A DNA stretch of 64,000 nucleotides from Pocillopora verrucosa. Its lineage: Eukaryota. Both the position numbers and the translations under genes were made by a program. The stretch is from positions 5,113,331-5,177,330 of the forward strand of contig NC_089313.1 of the NCBI RefSeq assembly GCF_036669915.1, given 5' to 3'. Position 1 is the stretch's first letter. Every line of letters starts with the position of its first letter. Below, piece by piece: positions 37,571 to 48,934 of this stretch. The notes under the pieces are model-generated. The model was given only the letters and a program-made list of their open reading frames with translations, was not told where the DNA came from and searched no databases.

Positions 37571-38046
37571 GTAAGTTACACCAAGTTAAAGTTTTGTTCA
37601 GATTGAAACACATAATAAACCTGGTAATATCACCTGAGGACGCTAACAGTCTGAGTTGAGTTTGTCAAGAGAGCTAGACACCATGGAATTGCGAAGTTTA
37701 AGTGTTATTAACATCTATGTTAACGGTGGCAACTTTAGTTCGTTCATAATACATCGGTAGAATATTATAAAGCGCTTTTGACTCAGTGCCATGAAGCCCA
37801 AAACCAAAGTAATCACCGTAGCCAACCACAACAACAGTTAAGTTACACAAGGAGCCAATCAGACTCGACCTGTAGCGCGGGAAAACACGGGTGACCAGTT
37901 AACGATCGGACTTTCGCCTGATTGGACGAGAGAATAGAGCAGGTTTCCTGAACCACTCAGAGGGCAAACAAAACAAAACTTTGAAACTTTCCGCACTATT
38001 TTTCAAACACAATTCAAAAGTATAACTATAGTTGATTTGTTCACAG

Positions 38047-38363
38047 GAATACTAGTGACAAAAGATGCTTTGCCGACTCTGTTAAAATTACAAAAAGAAC
38101 AACAGATGGACACTTTCCGCCCTTCTGCCAAGCTTCCACCCTGTAAAGTCCAAAACACAGAAGAGTTCAGGGACACCTCTGGAGATGACCATAGTCAGTC
38201 GAGAGCTGATCAAATTGCTCCAAGACTGAAGAGAAAGGCTTTCTCATATGTTGGGCTGCCTGTGCTAGCCCAACAACGGTTTGCAGCAAGGATTAAAAAA
38301 CATTCTGCTCAGCGCATAACCGTTTCTAAAACTGTTAACGAGGAACAACATGCTCCGAAATGA
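38047..38363 (+). CDS. Ankyrin-repeat protein gene, exon 3 (stop TGA 38361-38363)
   Basis: Acceptor ttcacag. (G)ILVTKDALPTLLKLQKEQQMDTFRPSAKLPPCKVQNTEEFRDTSGDDHSQSRADQIAPRLKRKAFSYVGLPVLAQQRFAARIKKHSAQRITVSKTVNEEQHAPK*. Total predicted length about 346 aa. Confidence 0.6.
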
Positions 38364-38810
38364 TAAAAACGTCGGCTAAATTATTACTATCCTTTATGAT
38401 AGAATTGACTCAAACATACTCTGATGAATATTCACTCAACTTGTCCAAGAAGTTAGAATCGGCAACACAAATGTTGAAACCAAACGACTTACTGCTTCTC
38501 ATTGAAGCCAGGATTTTACATACACTACTGGCTTCTAATGAGGCCCAAAGTTAGTCTGGGAAATTTAAAATTGCGCCTCAAAAGCAACACTGAATTGCGT
38601 TGGTTTTTTCTTCATCACGCTTTGTGATTAGTCTAGGAAACTCGCGCCGAATTCTCGACCAATCACCTTGTGTTCCATTGGGTGCTTGCAATGTTTTCCT
38701 TTTCTGATTGGCCATTGCGACTTTCTATCAATCACTTAACCAGTCAATCAAAGTGCGCTCTTCCTTAATTTTGCCACGCAACCATCATTTGTAAACTAAG
38801 TTTTGCTCAC

Positions 38811-38915
38811 CTTTCACCTGCCCTTGCTCTCCTGCTGGCATAACGACAATCTTGTCACCGACATGAAGTCTACCAGCTTCCAGTTTACCAGTTACGTTTA
38901 TTCCTGCTCCCATTC
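38811..38915 (-). CDS. HBS1L: HBS1L-like exon (domain II)
   Basis: (G)MGAGINVTGKLEAGRLHVGDKIVVMPAGEQGQVK + g, compared with [31 protein letters not shown]; donor gtgagc. Confidence 0.8.
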
Positions 38916-39214
38916 CTGAAGTACATGAAAAAGTGTTATTAGTGTTCTAACATTGTAATAAATAAAAGTCTCGTGTTGAATGAGTTTAGGGTTTCAATGA
39001 AACTAGACCTCATATTGGAGAATATGCATACTGATGTTAGAGTGTAAAGGTTAAGTAATTAGACTTTTATCTCTGCTTTAAAAACAAGGATAAGATCAAG
39101 CAATAATAACGATTTAATCATCTTAAAAAAAAAAACTGGCCCAAACCAGCTTCTATTTCCAAAGAAATAGTTAAATATCAAATTTACTCCAGATCCACAC
39201 AAAGTAAAACTTAC

Positions 39215-39283
39215 CCTTATAAATATCTGACACACAAAACCGAAATGGCTTGTCCAAGTCCCTCTTTGGAGGCTTAAAATTAT
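39215..39283 (-). CDS. HBS1L: HBS1L-like exon (start of domain II)
   Basis: (D)[22 protein letters not shown] + g, compared with [23 protein letters not shown]; acceptor caatag, donor gtaagt. Confidence 0.8.
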
Positions 39284-40170
39284 CTATTGGAAAAAAAAAT
39301 TAAAATTTCCAGAACTGGAAATATTTGACCTTTTGTTACAGGTGACATCAATGCTTCAACATAACAAATAATAATTTCTCCCGTGTGTCTGTTTATGTGC
39401 AGAACGTGGCTCCATTTTCTGCATATAAACCCACACACAACCAACAATTCCTCTGGCGAAGTGCTAACGCTCGAAACGTCGGGTTTGAAACTCTCCACGG
39501 TGGCCAGTTTACGTTTCCAACTCCGTTGACAAAAGTAAATTACCATGTTATATTCTCCCACCGACGCAGTACCACAGTTTCTTTAGAAATTTACCCCCTT
39601 TATTCATTCAACTTACATGTTGAACGAACAAGCTCGCTATTCTATCTTTCGCATCCTTTCCTCTTACTAATCACGCACGATGCTTTTGACACTGACTACT
39701 GAACTTAGCAATAGCAGTGTGCTCGACACGTAAAATCAATTTCCAATTGATAGTAGTCCGGGATGGCTTTTTGTCTCTCTTCAGCACGCTTTCAAGCTGG
39801 TCAAGAAAACTCGCGCCATTCGTGAAATCAACCAATTCAAAACTTAAGCCAATCGCGAATTTGCAAGTCACGTTTCCCCCGCTTAAAAGACTTTACCGTG
39901 TTTTTACCTTAGGTTCTCATTGGTTCTTTGTGATATTTCCTTTCTTACGATTGGCCAATGGGGAAAATCTTGTTTAGGCTTAACAACAATCAACCGAACT
40001 GCACTCTAGTATAAGGCCAAACTTGCCAAAGAGTTCCCTTAGGTTGGCAAAGCGTCTGACAACCAAATCGGAACTGGCAGTGTTTTACACATCACGGAGA
40101 ATATACTCATTCCTATGTTCATTATTCGTTACAAATATTTAACATCTTTCTTTAAGGACTGATTTTGTAC

Positions 40171-40288
40171 CTATCCTGTCCAGTAAGGAGGGTCCATTAT
40201 ACCACGCGCGCAGCAGAGGCTCTTTGGAAGACCCTGTTAGATTCTCACCAGTGAGACCGCTACAAGGAACGTATACCACATCAGACTC
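40171..40288 (-). CDS. HBS1L: HBS1L-like exon
   Basis: ESDVVYVPCSGLTGENLTGSSKEPLLRAWYNGPSLLDRI + g, compared with [40 protein letters not shown]; donor gtacaa. Confidence 0.8.
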
Positions 40289-40400
40289 CTATCAAGGACA
40301 GAAAATTGTTATGAGAGCGAAATCAAACCCGGGGTAAGAGGGGAGGGGAGAGGAGGGAGGTATTACACATTTTACGTAACTTGTACAAAGATGAACATAC

Positions 40401-40475
40401 CTTAAACCCAGCCTGTTTTAGGAAGTGCTTGAGTTTTCCTGTAATATGATTGTACCTGGCTTCTGACCAGTCAAC
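40401..40475 (-). CDS. HBS1L: HBS1L-like exon
   Basis: [25 protein letters not shown], compared with [25 protein letters not shown]; acceptor gatttcag, donor gtatgt. Confidence 0.85.
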
Positions 40476-40638
40476 CTGAAATCAAAACATTTGTACAGGA
40501 TATTACTGTGCCTTCCCCTAAATATGAACAACTTGGATAGTTTGGACATCACTCAAGAAGCAAGTTCCATAAAAAATTGTTTATGGAATCTTGCGTGCTC
40601 ATACAAAACTTCTACTTTTATATATAAGAACTACTTAC

Positions 40639-40785
40639 GTTGTCAAGCTTGTTGACAGCCACTATGACCTGCGTTACACCCAGTGATCTGACAAGCAGCG
40701 CATGCTCCCTTGTTTGCCCTCCAGCTTCAAATCCTGCTTCAAATTCACCAGTGCTGGAGCCAACCACTAACACAGCGACGTCAGC
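40639..40785 (-). CDS. HBS1L: HBS1L-like exon (NKxD region)
   Basis: [49 protein letters not shown]; donor gtaagt. Confidence 0.85.
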
Positions 40786-41828
40786 CTGAGATTAAACCTC
40801 AGAATATCAGTTTGACAGATAATTGCACAGACAGCAATTTCTTCTAAGCTCCTGACACCCAAACATCAGTATAAATATTCTCTATACTGTTCACCATACA
40901 TTTCCTTAGGTGCTGACAAGGAGAATTTGTTCAACAATCAAGAGCTTCTTAAGTTAGTGATCATTTCCCTATTCTTGTGACCTTAATGTCTGATTCAAGG
41001 GTGATATTGTAAGGAGAAATTAGATGCTAGTCACTCTTTGGGATCACCAAAGATACCAGTCAATGCAGCCCAGAGAAAAACAACAACAACAACAGAGCCA
41101 AAAATAACACAACAACAACAGAGCTGGGAAAACATAAACTACAAGATAAAACTGTCTGCAAAAAAGTGCTCATGCTAGCTTAGATGACCAACATATGAGA
41201 TGGTGATGTTACAGCTGCTACCACACAGTTTGAAAGTTTTTCAAAATTTTACCTTCAATTTACAATTTGTCATTTAAATCTCAAATCTGCTTTATCTTCT
41301 CCATTCTTCACCGTTCTCATTCTCGTTTAGCTTACTATTTCTTCTTTGGGGTTTATCTACCCTTGCAAACTATCATTAAAAGCTTTCATCCAGCTAACCA
41401 CAATTGTGAAAAAACCAAAAACTTACTTTAAGCTATTGCCTTATCTCCTACATCCTTTCAATCAATTCAGAGGGTGCAGATTAAAACTTACACCACTTTC
41501 TAAAAGATCACGGTACATAGACTCCATACATGTGATCTTACCATCACGGGGTGGGTGGGGACATTGAACACCCCTGATTCTCTAGCTTGTGTGCAAAGTC
41601 TACTTAGCATTGAGTCATGTGTGACGAAGCAGCGAGACGAAGCAGCACAACAAGCTGCAGAGGCCTGGCCCATGTTGCAATGCAGCAGCATCTATGATAG
41701 ACTGATCATAGACATGGCTGTCTGCTATGGTAATTACACATTACTTCTGTAGTATTGCATCACTACCCTGTCAATTAACAACTATTTATGTCACTAAATG
41801 CAGCCAAGGAATCAAAAAGTCAACAAAC

Positions 41829-41946
41829 CTGAGCTGCTCCAGTGATCATGTTTGGAATGAAGTCTTTGTGTCCTGGGGCATCCATGAGTGTTATCAATTT
41901 GGTTTCTGTCTCAAACCTTGTTAAACCAACATCCATTGTTATTCCC
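41829..41946 (-). CDS. HBS1L: HBS1L-like exon (G2/G3 region)
   Basis: (R)[39 protein letters not shown], compared with human [39 protein letters not shown]; donor gtttgt. Confidence 0.85.
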
Positions 41947-42370
41947 CTGTCAAAAAATCAGCAGATCACTCAGATTGGTTAACAAAGAATTCATCAAAAC
42001 AGAGGCTGGTCTTTGATCTCACATATCCCCTTCCTTGCCACAGTACAAAATTAATCGATTAGGGTTAGGGTTATTACATAATAAGCTGAATTATGCTTGC
42101 ATTTTGATTGGTCCTTACCTATGATCTATTACAGGACAAGACCCATAGATGACCTCACCATTAACAACATTTTGCCTTTTATCAAAGGAAACAAATAGTT
42201 TCCATGTGGCCATGGGTCTGTTCAGTAAAAGATAACAGGACAAGTCAAAATATAGTCAGGACATCAGAGACCAGCAACGTTTTGTTCTTACCACATTTTG
42301 ACTTTATCTGTGATCTATTACAGAAAAGATGCTCAGCAACAAGGAATCTATTTGTTAAATAGGTAACTTA

Positions 42371-42456
42371 CCTTTCTCTTTCCTCGCCAGTCTCATCCAG
42401 AACCCAGGCATATGCAAAAGAAGCTTTTCCTGCTTTTTTACTCTCCATTTCATATG
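42371..42456 (-). CDS. HBS1L: HBS1L-like exon (…[28 protein letters not shown]); 5' boundary uncertain
   Basis: Compared with human [30 protein letters not shown]; donor gtaagt at 42365-42370. An in-frame taa about 25 nt upstream and the absence of an AG make the acceptor unclear. Confidence 0.6.
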
Positions 42457-43380
42457 TATTCCAGTTAAGAAAAGGTTACTTATGTGAGATCTACATTGTT
42501 AGTACACGCCGGCCAAAGATCTGCAATGGGTCTAGCACATTGTTGGTGCCTGATATCCAGTAAACCTCCCAACAACTCATTTCAAATCTGCCCACACATG
42601 GAGAAACGCGGGTCCTGCTAGGCTAAAAATGAGCTCCTGCTCACAGGCTACTGACACATTGCCAAGGATAACTAACAGAATACCAACTTTCCTGGAAGCT
42701 TTATAGTGCAGTTAATGGGATGGGGTGCCAAGCTTCCAGGTAAGTTCCTGAATCTTAACCCTTTAAACCCTAAGAGTGACCAGTATTTAATTCCTCCTTA
42801 CAGTAATACTGCTGATCCATTCATTAAAAATATGAGAATGAAGGAAATGGTTGCCAAGCTAAAAAGCTTGCACTGTTAAACAAATTCTCCTTTTTAGTAT
42901 CAAAGGGAATATTTTGAGAAGAGTAAGGAGAAAATGGATCCTGATCATACGGTGTAAAGGGTTTATAGACTTTGTCTCAAAGAGAAACATTTTAACTTGG
43001 ACGGTTTTTCAAAAACGTGGTAAGAGGAGACAAGCATTACATAGAAAGTGCCATCAAAATTCAGTTTTAGTTGCTACCGGTTTTGCAAAATATTCTTCAA
43101 ATCACAATTCAGTAATCCCATTGTTACTTTATCACTAAAAAAACTTTTTAGGAAGGCAAGATCTACATGTATTAATTCGTAATATATAAATGGAAATACT
43201 TAAAATTCATAATCCTAAATGAGCAATAATCCTCTTGTCCTTACTCTGATGATTTGAATAAACAATGTCAAATCATTCTTACAAATTGTAAAAATTATAA
43301 AAATCCTCTACAATGTATAAACTATAATAAACTATTTGACAAATAATTTATAGAATAAAGTTTTTAAATGAAAAGGATAT

Positions 43381-43462
43381 TTATGCATTGACTTTTTAGA
43401 AACATCTCCAAGACGATAAAGAAGATGACCCATGAGTGTGCTTTTCCCAGCATCAACATGAC
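43381..43462 (-). CDS. HBS1L: HBS1L-like G1 (P-loop) exon; 3' boundary uncertain
   Basis: Acceptor ttgtcag. (G)[23 protein letters not shown](SMHKY). The candidate donor (gtcaat at 43392) is poor, and the following MHKY-like residues conflict with the next exon. Confidence 0.6.
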
Positions 43463-44302
43463 CTGACAAAAAAATTAAAGTAATTTTAATTGCAATTCAG
43501 TCATTTGTCATTACTTGACACAATACTGTGATTTTCAGTTGAGTGGTGCAGGAGGGAAGTTTGAAGACCACATTTTCAAGTGGCAAATTATTGTTTGACT
43601 TCCTTTGATGGCTTTTATGTTTGATGGTTGGTGACACACAGCCCTTGAGATTTGGTTACCATTGGAACCAAGGAAGGTTGGCTGTGACAACACTGTTACT
43701 TCACCATAAAAGCCCAGTTGCTAGACTTTTTCCATGCCTCAATCAACTGAAAATTGATGTAGGAATAATCTGTTCTATTAGCTAACAGTGATTTTAAAAG
43801 AACTAACCAACAGCCCATGATTTTATCATCTTCTTGTCAATATATTTAGACATAGATGGTGATCATTTAAAGTTCAACCACATTTACACATTTTTAAGGG
43901 TGATTTTGTTTTCTTTTTTTTGTTCCAAGATTATAGTCTTAATTCAGGAAAATTTAATCGTGGAATTACCTACCAATCACCACCAAATTAAGAAGAATTT
44001 TTCCTCTCTGACGCCTGTCATACTCTTCTTGCACCTGCGGTCAAAAATTGAAGTGAATGCAATTTATGAGGCATTTGATAATAATAATGACCTACCAAAT
44101 AAAGCAAAAGTTGCTAGCAAGGCTTCTTTCCCATGGAGGAATGTGATACAACTTGTGATGAAAAAGTTTCATTAGACCTACAGGTTGATTATCAAATAGT
44201 GCAATGATCTCGTTAGACCTAACAATTGAAAATCAAATGAGGCAATGATCCTCGCTGATGAGCTATACAGGAAAGAAGAACTCCCTAAAAAATTTGCCCT
44301 GC

Positions 44303-44385
44303 TTCCAACCTGTTGCTTTGTAGCTCAGTTGGTAGTTGCGCCTAACAAGTATCTGAGAAGCCTAGGTTTGAATCCTGTAGAAGCC
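44303..44385 (+). ncRNA. tRNA-like sequence (degenerate; possible tRNA pseudogene or tRNA-derived SINE head)
   Basis: gctttgtaGCTCAGTTGGTAGttgcgcctaacaagtatctgagaagcctaGGTTTGAATCCtgtagaagc shows a D-loop motif (GCTCAGTTGGTAG) and a T-loop motif (GGTTTGAATCC), but the D stem, anticodon stem and acceptor 3' half do not pair cleanly. Confidence 0.3.
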
Positions 44386-44787
44386 TGAATTTTTTCAAGA
44401 TTCTTTTCAAGTGCTTAAATGTTAAATGTCTTTATTCAAACTCAAATTGAAAAATGATTACCCGGTAATAAACCCTTTAACTCCCAGGATCTGATTGTTA
44501 ATTCTCCCCTCTTGTTTCTACTCATTCCCTGGTAAATTGGTTACGAGAATTTGGTGATAGATCAAGATAACAACTTGTACCTGTCTAAGTTTGAGTATTC
44601 TCATTACCTGTTTGCTCAGTAATGTATGGATATTATGGGGAGAAGTTACATGTTAAACACTTCTGAGAGTTTAAGGGTAAAAAGTTAAGTCCAGCGTAAC
44701 AAGTAACTGTAGATTTATGACTATGATAAAGGAATGAACTGCATATCATAAGAATATCAAAAAAATATTAAAAATGATGACTTCAAC

Positions 44788-44881
44788 CTCCTTCTCTCTG
44801 TTCTTGGCAGCTATTCTTTGTTTGCTAGTGTCTGCTGATTTAGCTTGGTCTGTGTCTTCTTCAAGTGGTACTTCAGGAGAG
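44788..44881 (-). CDS. HBS1L: HBS1L-like linker exon 5 (approximate; donor weak)
   Basis: Acceptor ttctgtag. (S)SPEVPLEEDTDQAKSADTSKQRIAAKNREKE, loosely comparable to human …KSGKLRQQIDVKAELEKRQ. The exon expected next, encoding …LNLVVIG, was not located (expected between 43463 and 44787). Confidence 0.35.
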
Positions 44882-45417
44882 CTACAGAATAGAAACTTAA
44901 AACTTAACATGTCCTCTGAATTAGAGTTTGAGAAGTCTGATGACTGAGAAAGAGCATAGCTGGCAGTTGGGGAAAAGAGCAAGGAAAATGCAGCTCTTGT
45001 TTATTACTAAGGTAAGATAAGAAAGGCATGAACTAGAATTATCAACACAAGAGTGACATTTTAATCAAAATAATCTTTGCAGTGTGCTATTTTTGTTGCT
45101 GGTCCACAGTCATCTATTTTTTTTGATAGTTATGCAGGAAAGTGCAAAGCTAGTTGGGACTTTGAAAGAAATTTGAATAAATTAACAGTTTGACCCCAAA
45201 GAGTGACTTGCATCTAATTTCTCCTCACAATATCACCCATGAATCCAACATTACAGTCAAGTGAATATAGAATTGATCACCAACTTAAGAAGTTCTTGAT
45301 TGTTTAACAAATTCTCCTTCTTAGCACTTTGAGAAATGTGTAGAAAACAGTATGGAGAATATGCATACTGATATAAGAGTGCGAAGGAGTAATGTCAAAA
45401 AGTGGTTTCACTCTTAC

Positions 45418-45610
45418 CTTTCCATTGATTTCTTTTTTTCAGTTGAAGGAGTTGAAAAGCCCAATGATGCCTTTTCTGACAGAGCTGTAACCAGAGGAGT
45501 AACTGGATCCAACGCACCTTCCTTCTTGTTGTTGCTTGCCGCATTATTCAGGAGAGGATGATGAAGCTTGATCTGTGGTTCAGGATCTTTTTGTACACTG
45601 CTATAGTTCC
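45418..45610 (-). CDS. HBS1L: HBS1L-like linker exon 4 (canonical isoform)
   Basis: Acceptor atatatcag, phase-compatible with exon 3. (G)NYSSVQKDPEPQIKLHHPLLNNAASNNKKEGALDPVTPLVTALSEKASLGFSTPSTEKKKSME + ag; donor gtaaga. Confidence 0.5.
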
Positions 45611-47183
45611 CTGATATATAAACCATAACAGTTATTTCAAAACTGCAACTTTTTTCATAATATCCAGGTCAGTCCTTTCACTCACAGGAGTGACCAAAGA
45701 GGAATTTCTCCTTGCAGCATCAATATACTTTCCAGGAAAAAGGTGATTAAAATAAAGCAAAAAATATCACCTGAGGGAAATGACTTGATTTTGTACCCAA
45801 TTCTCAGAGCTCAAATCTAAAAAAGTGTATAGATGACAGTGTGGAGAATTGATTTTTGGATCTTGGGGCTGAAAGGGTTAACTGACAAGGCAAAAGTGAA
45901 AAACAAAAAAAATCATTTTGGAAAGGAAAGGGGGAGCTGATGACTAACACAAAGTGAACAGAAGAGCTTAAGACATGATCAGGGACAATATAAGGAGGTT
46001 GTCTCCCCCTCCCCTTCCACCACAACCAGAGGAAAGGCACCCTGCCCTACTCTTGCAGGAAAGTCAGAACTAATTGGCCAAGCAAAAGCTGATAGGAGCC
46101 TCACAAACTGAAATAAGGTGAACCAGAGAGCAGGTTGACAAACCAGTGATAAATATTGGTAGAAGAGGAGAACAGACAAGGAAAGCTCATTGTGGGGAGG
46201 CAAAATGTACCCCTTTGTACAAAGAGGTACTATAAGTTAAGTGGTCTATAACCTTATCTCTAACTGTGTATTTCAATTTACTAGTTACAGATAATTGAAA
46301 AAAAAACTATGAACATTTGAATCTGAAGGATTTTATTTCAAAGAATATCACAGCAAAATCACTATATCACTAAATATACAATTAACATTTATAAAAAAAG
46401 TAATTCTTAGACTGCACTTTATTTTTCCTTTCAGGTAAAGAGTCTTTTCCCAGGTTGATTTTAAATTTCTTTTTAATAATTGTCGTCTTACCTTATGGTT
46501 CAAAATCAAGGCATGTAACAAAGGAAATTGCAAATCAACCTAGAAGCAAATTTAACCCTTTCACTCCTAAGATCTAATTAGTAAAACCTTCTCACTCTCT
46601 GCCACACAATTCTTGTTTTGTTAGTTTAGAGAATTTGGTATTGGATCAACTAATATTCTCCATTATTTTTCTTGTCATTTCTCTGCTTGATGTTTCATTG
46701 CAAGGAGAAATTCTGTCTTGGTTGCTCATAGGAGTTAAAGGGTTAACAGCAATACTGACATTGGAATTCAAATGCAGTGTTTAGACAAACATCACATAAC
46801 TAAAACAACTTTGGTGCAGTATTATCTCTTAAAATACAAATAAGACATTAAACTTTGTTCTTTGTTTCCCCAGCGACATAATTTAGTCAATAAAACTTAC
46901 AATTGGGTCAAACTTTCCAACATATACATTTAGCTGTAAATATTTAAAACAACAGCAAATTTACACAAATTTTAAAAATATAGACAATTACAGGGGGAAA
47001 AATTATCTTGCTTTCTAGAATTGTGTTTTTTTTTAAACTTCATATTGAAATATTATATTGATGAAGTTTTACTCCGTTTCAATTTAATTACTATCAAGCA
47101 ATGAAATAAAATCAGCCGTGCTTGGTATATTGCATATCTAAGCCTAATCGATGTGTAATTTTTTCTTGAATTCCTTTTGACTG

Positions 47184-48934
47184 TCATTTCTTTCTTAAAA
47201 ATGCTTTCTTATGCTTTTCATTCACAATATCGTCAGGTGATGGCGAAGAGAAGTCAAAAGGGGTTATGTTGGAGAGATCTGCATTGTAAAGCTGCTTGAC
47301 TACTCTTTGAGCAGCTGCATTATGGGCAGAGCACATTGTTAAAGCAAACATGGTTGGTTTTGCTCTCAATGGAGACAGTCTTATTTGTGTTTTACCACCA
47401 TCTCTTTCTACCTCTAAATGCTTTTTTGTTCTTTTGCCATTGTAAATATTAACAGAATCTTTCTCTGCACTTGTTGCAACATGTATTGGTTTGTTATTCC
47501 CAGCATGCACTGATTTTAACTGTTCTTGGTTCACAGGCACGTCAGACATGGAGGGCATCACAGGTGTTTTTACGCCTTTGTGTTCCATTGTCTGGTTGTG
47601 ATTATGATCGTTCTCCTGCTGGTGAATGCCACTTAAATTGCCATGGATCTTCAGGTCAGTTAATTTGAGAACCAAAGAATTTCCATTTAAAGTACCAACA
47701 TTTGATAGTGGACTTGATGAAAGGGATGTGCCAGATGACTGAGACAGTTTTGAGGGTGATGTGTCCATTCCACTTCCTGGAGAGTGTCTTACATGCAATA
47801 AACTGCCATGCAGCATTGACAATGAAGGTCCCTGTGTAATAACCTCTCCTGATTCTGACCCTGATTTTGAAATCTCAGCCAAGTTCCTATGGGGTAAGGA
47901 AAATGCAGAGCTTTTGGATGTAGAGTTAAGTAAAGATCCAAGGGTTGTTTCACTAGTGGATGCACTGCCTTTCTGTGAGACACTATTAAGAGGTGAGAGC
48001 AGAGGGCTGCTTGACAAAGAATTAGAGGGTCCAAATGAGCCTTTCTGGGAAGACAACTGTGACAAACTCTTCAATGTCAGGGGAGGGTTGTGGAGACCAC
48101 TGTTTGGCGGCTCTGACAGTGATGATTCTCCTATTTGGCCTGAAAGACTGCTGAGAGGAACCGAAAGAAGAGATGATGATGACAATGGCAATGCTTGTCC
48201 TGTTAATGAGCTCTGTTGGGAAGATAACTGTGACTGTGAAGTGTTCAAAGTCAAGGGAGGGTTGTTAGTGCCATCCATCACCGGCTTTGAAACTGATGAT
48301 ATTCCTAACTGCCCTGAAAGACTGCTTAGAGGAACTGACAATAGAGATGATGATGAAGATGTCACTGGCTGAGTTGACAAAGGACCTTGCTGAGGAGACA
48401 ACTGCGATAGACTGCCCAAGGTCAGGGGGAGCTTGTTATTATCTGTGTTCTGTGACTCTGACAAAGATGGTAGTCCTCCTAGGCCAGAAAGATGACTAAG
48501 AGGAACTGAAAGAGATGTCACTGACTGTACAGATAATGACCCTCCTGAGCGAGACAAGCTACTTAGAGGGGCTGCTAACAGAACGCTTTGTGCTGGCATC
48601 TCTGATCCATCACTGACTCTTGCTTGGTGCAACTGAGCAACTGCTGCCGATGATAATGAAGTGGGAGGTGACACAGTGTGAGGAGGTTCAGATACAGATA
48701 CTCCATCTATCTTAAACGACCCAACAGATTTTGTGTTTGAGTTTGAAGACAAAGATGCTGCGATGGTTGGTTTGCGCAAAACACTGTCATTTGATGATGA
48801 GTTGTCAGCAGATGATCCTTGAGCCAAAGTGTTTAAAGATAATGCCGTAGGAGAAATGCCTGACAAACTTACTGAGCCAGAATTATTTGCCAACAAAGTT
48901 GTTTCTTTAGTTGTTTTGAGATTCTTTTTTCTAC
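47184..48934 (-). CDS. Long stop-terminated alternative exon (583 aa): candidate SKI7-like alternative terminal exon of HBS1L
   Basis: Acceptor tgtctgcag|GT at 48935-48940 is in the phase demanded by exon 3 (g+GT gives G). An uninterrupted 1.75-kb frame then encodes a Ser/Leu/Pro-rich low-complexity protein with internal repeats of about 75 aa (…NPPLTLxSLSQLSSQ…LLSVPLSSLSGQ…). It ends …FALTMCSAHNAAAQRVVKQLYNADLSNITPFDFSSPSPDDIVNEKHKKAFLRKK*. A long alternative terminal exon in this position of HBS1L encodes the SKI7-like isoform in vertebrates. Confidence 0.55.

Noticed and set aside
38364-38560. Minus-frame …GFNICVADSNFLDKLSEYS as a possible HBS1L domain-II/III exon
   Set aside because: Similarity to human [14 protein letters not shown] is weak and no splice sites are in phase. 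The correctly phased next exon lies at 34450-34540.
43621-43700. Candidate exon …FLGSNG joined to the HBS1L G1 exon
   Set aside because: It would give [14 protein letters not shown] instead of the strongly conserved …[14 protein letters not shown]. It is probably intronic, and the real upstream exon was not found.
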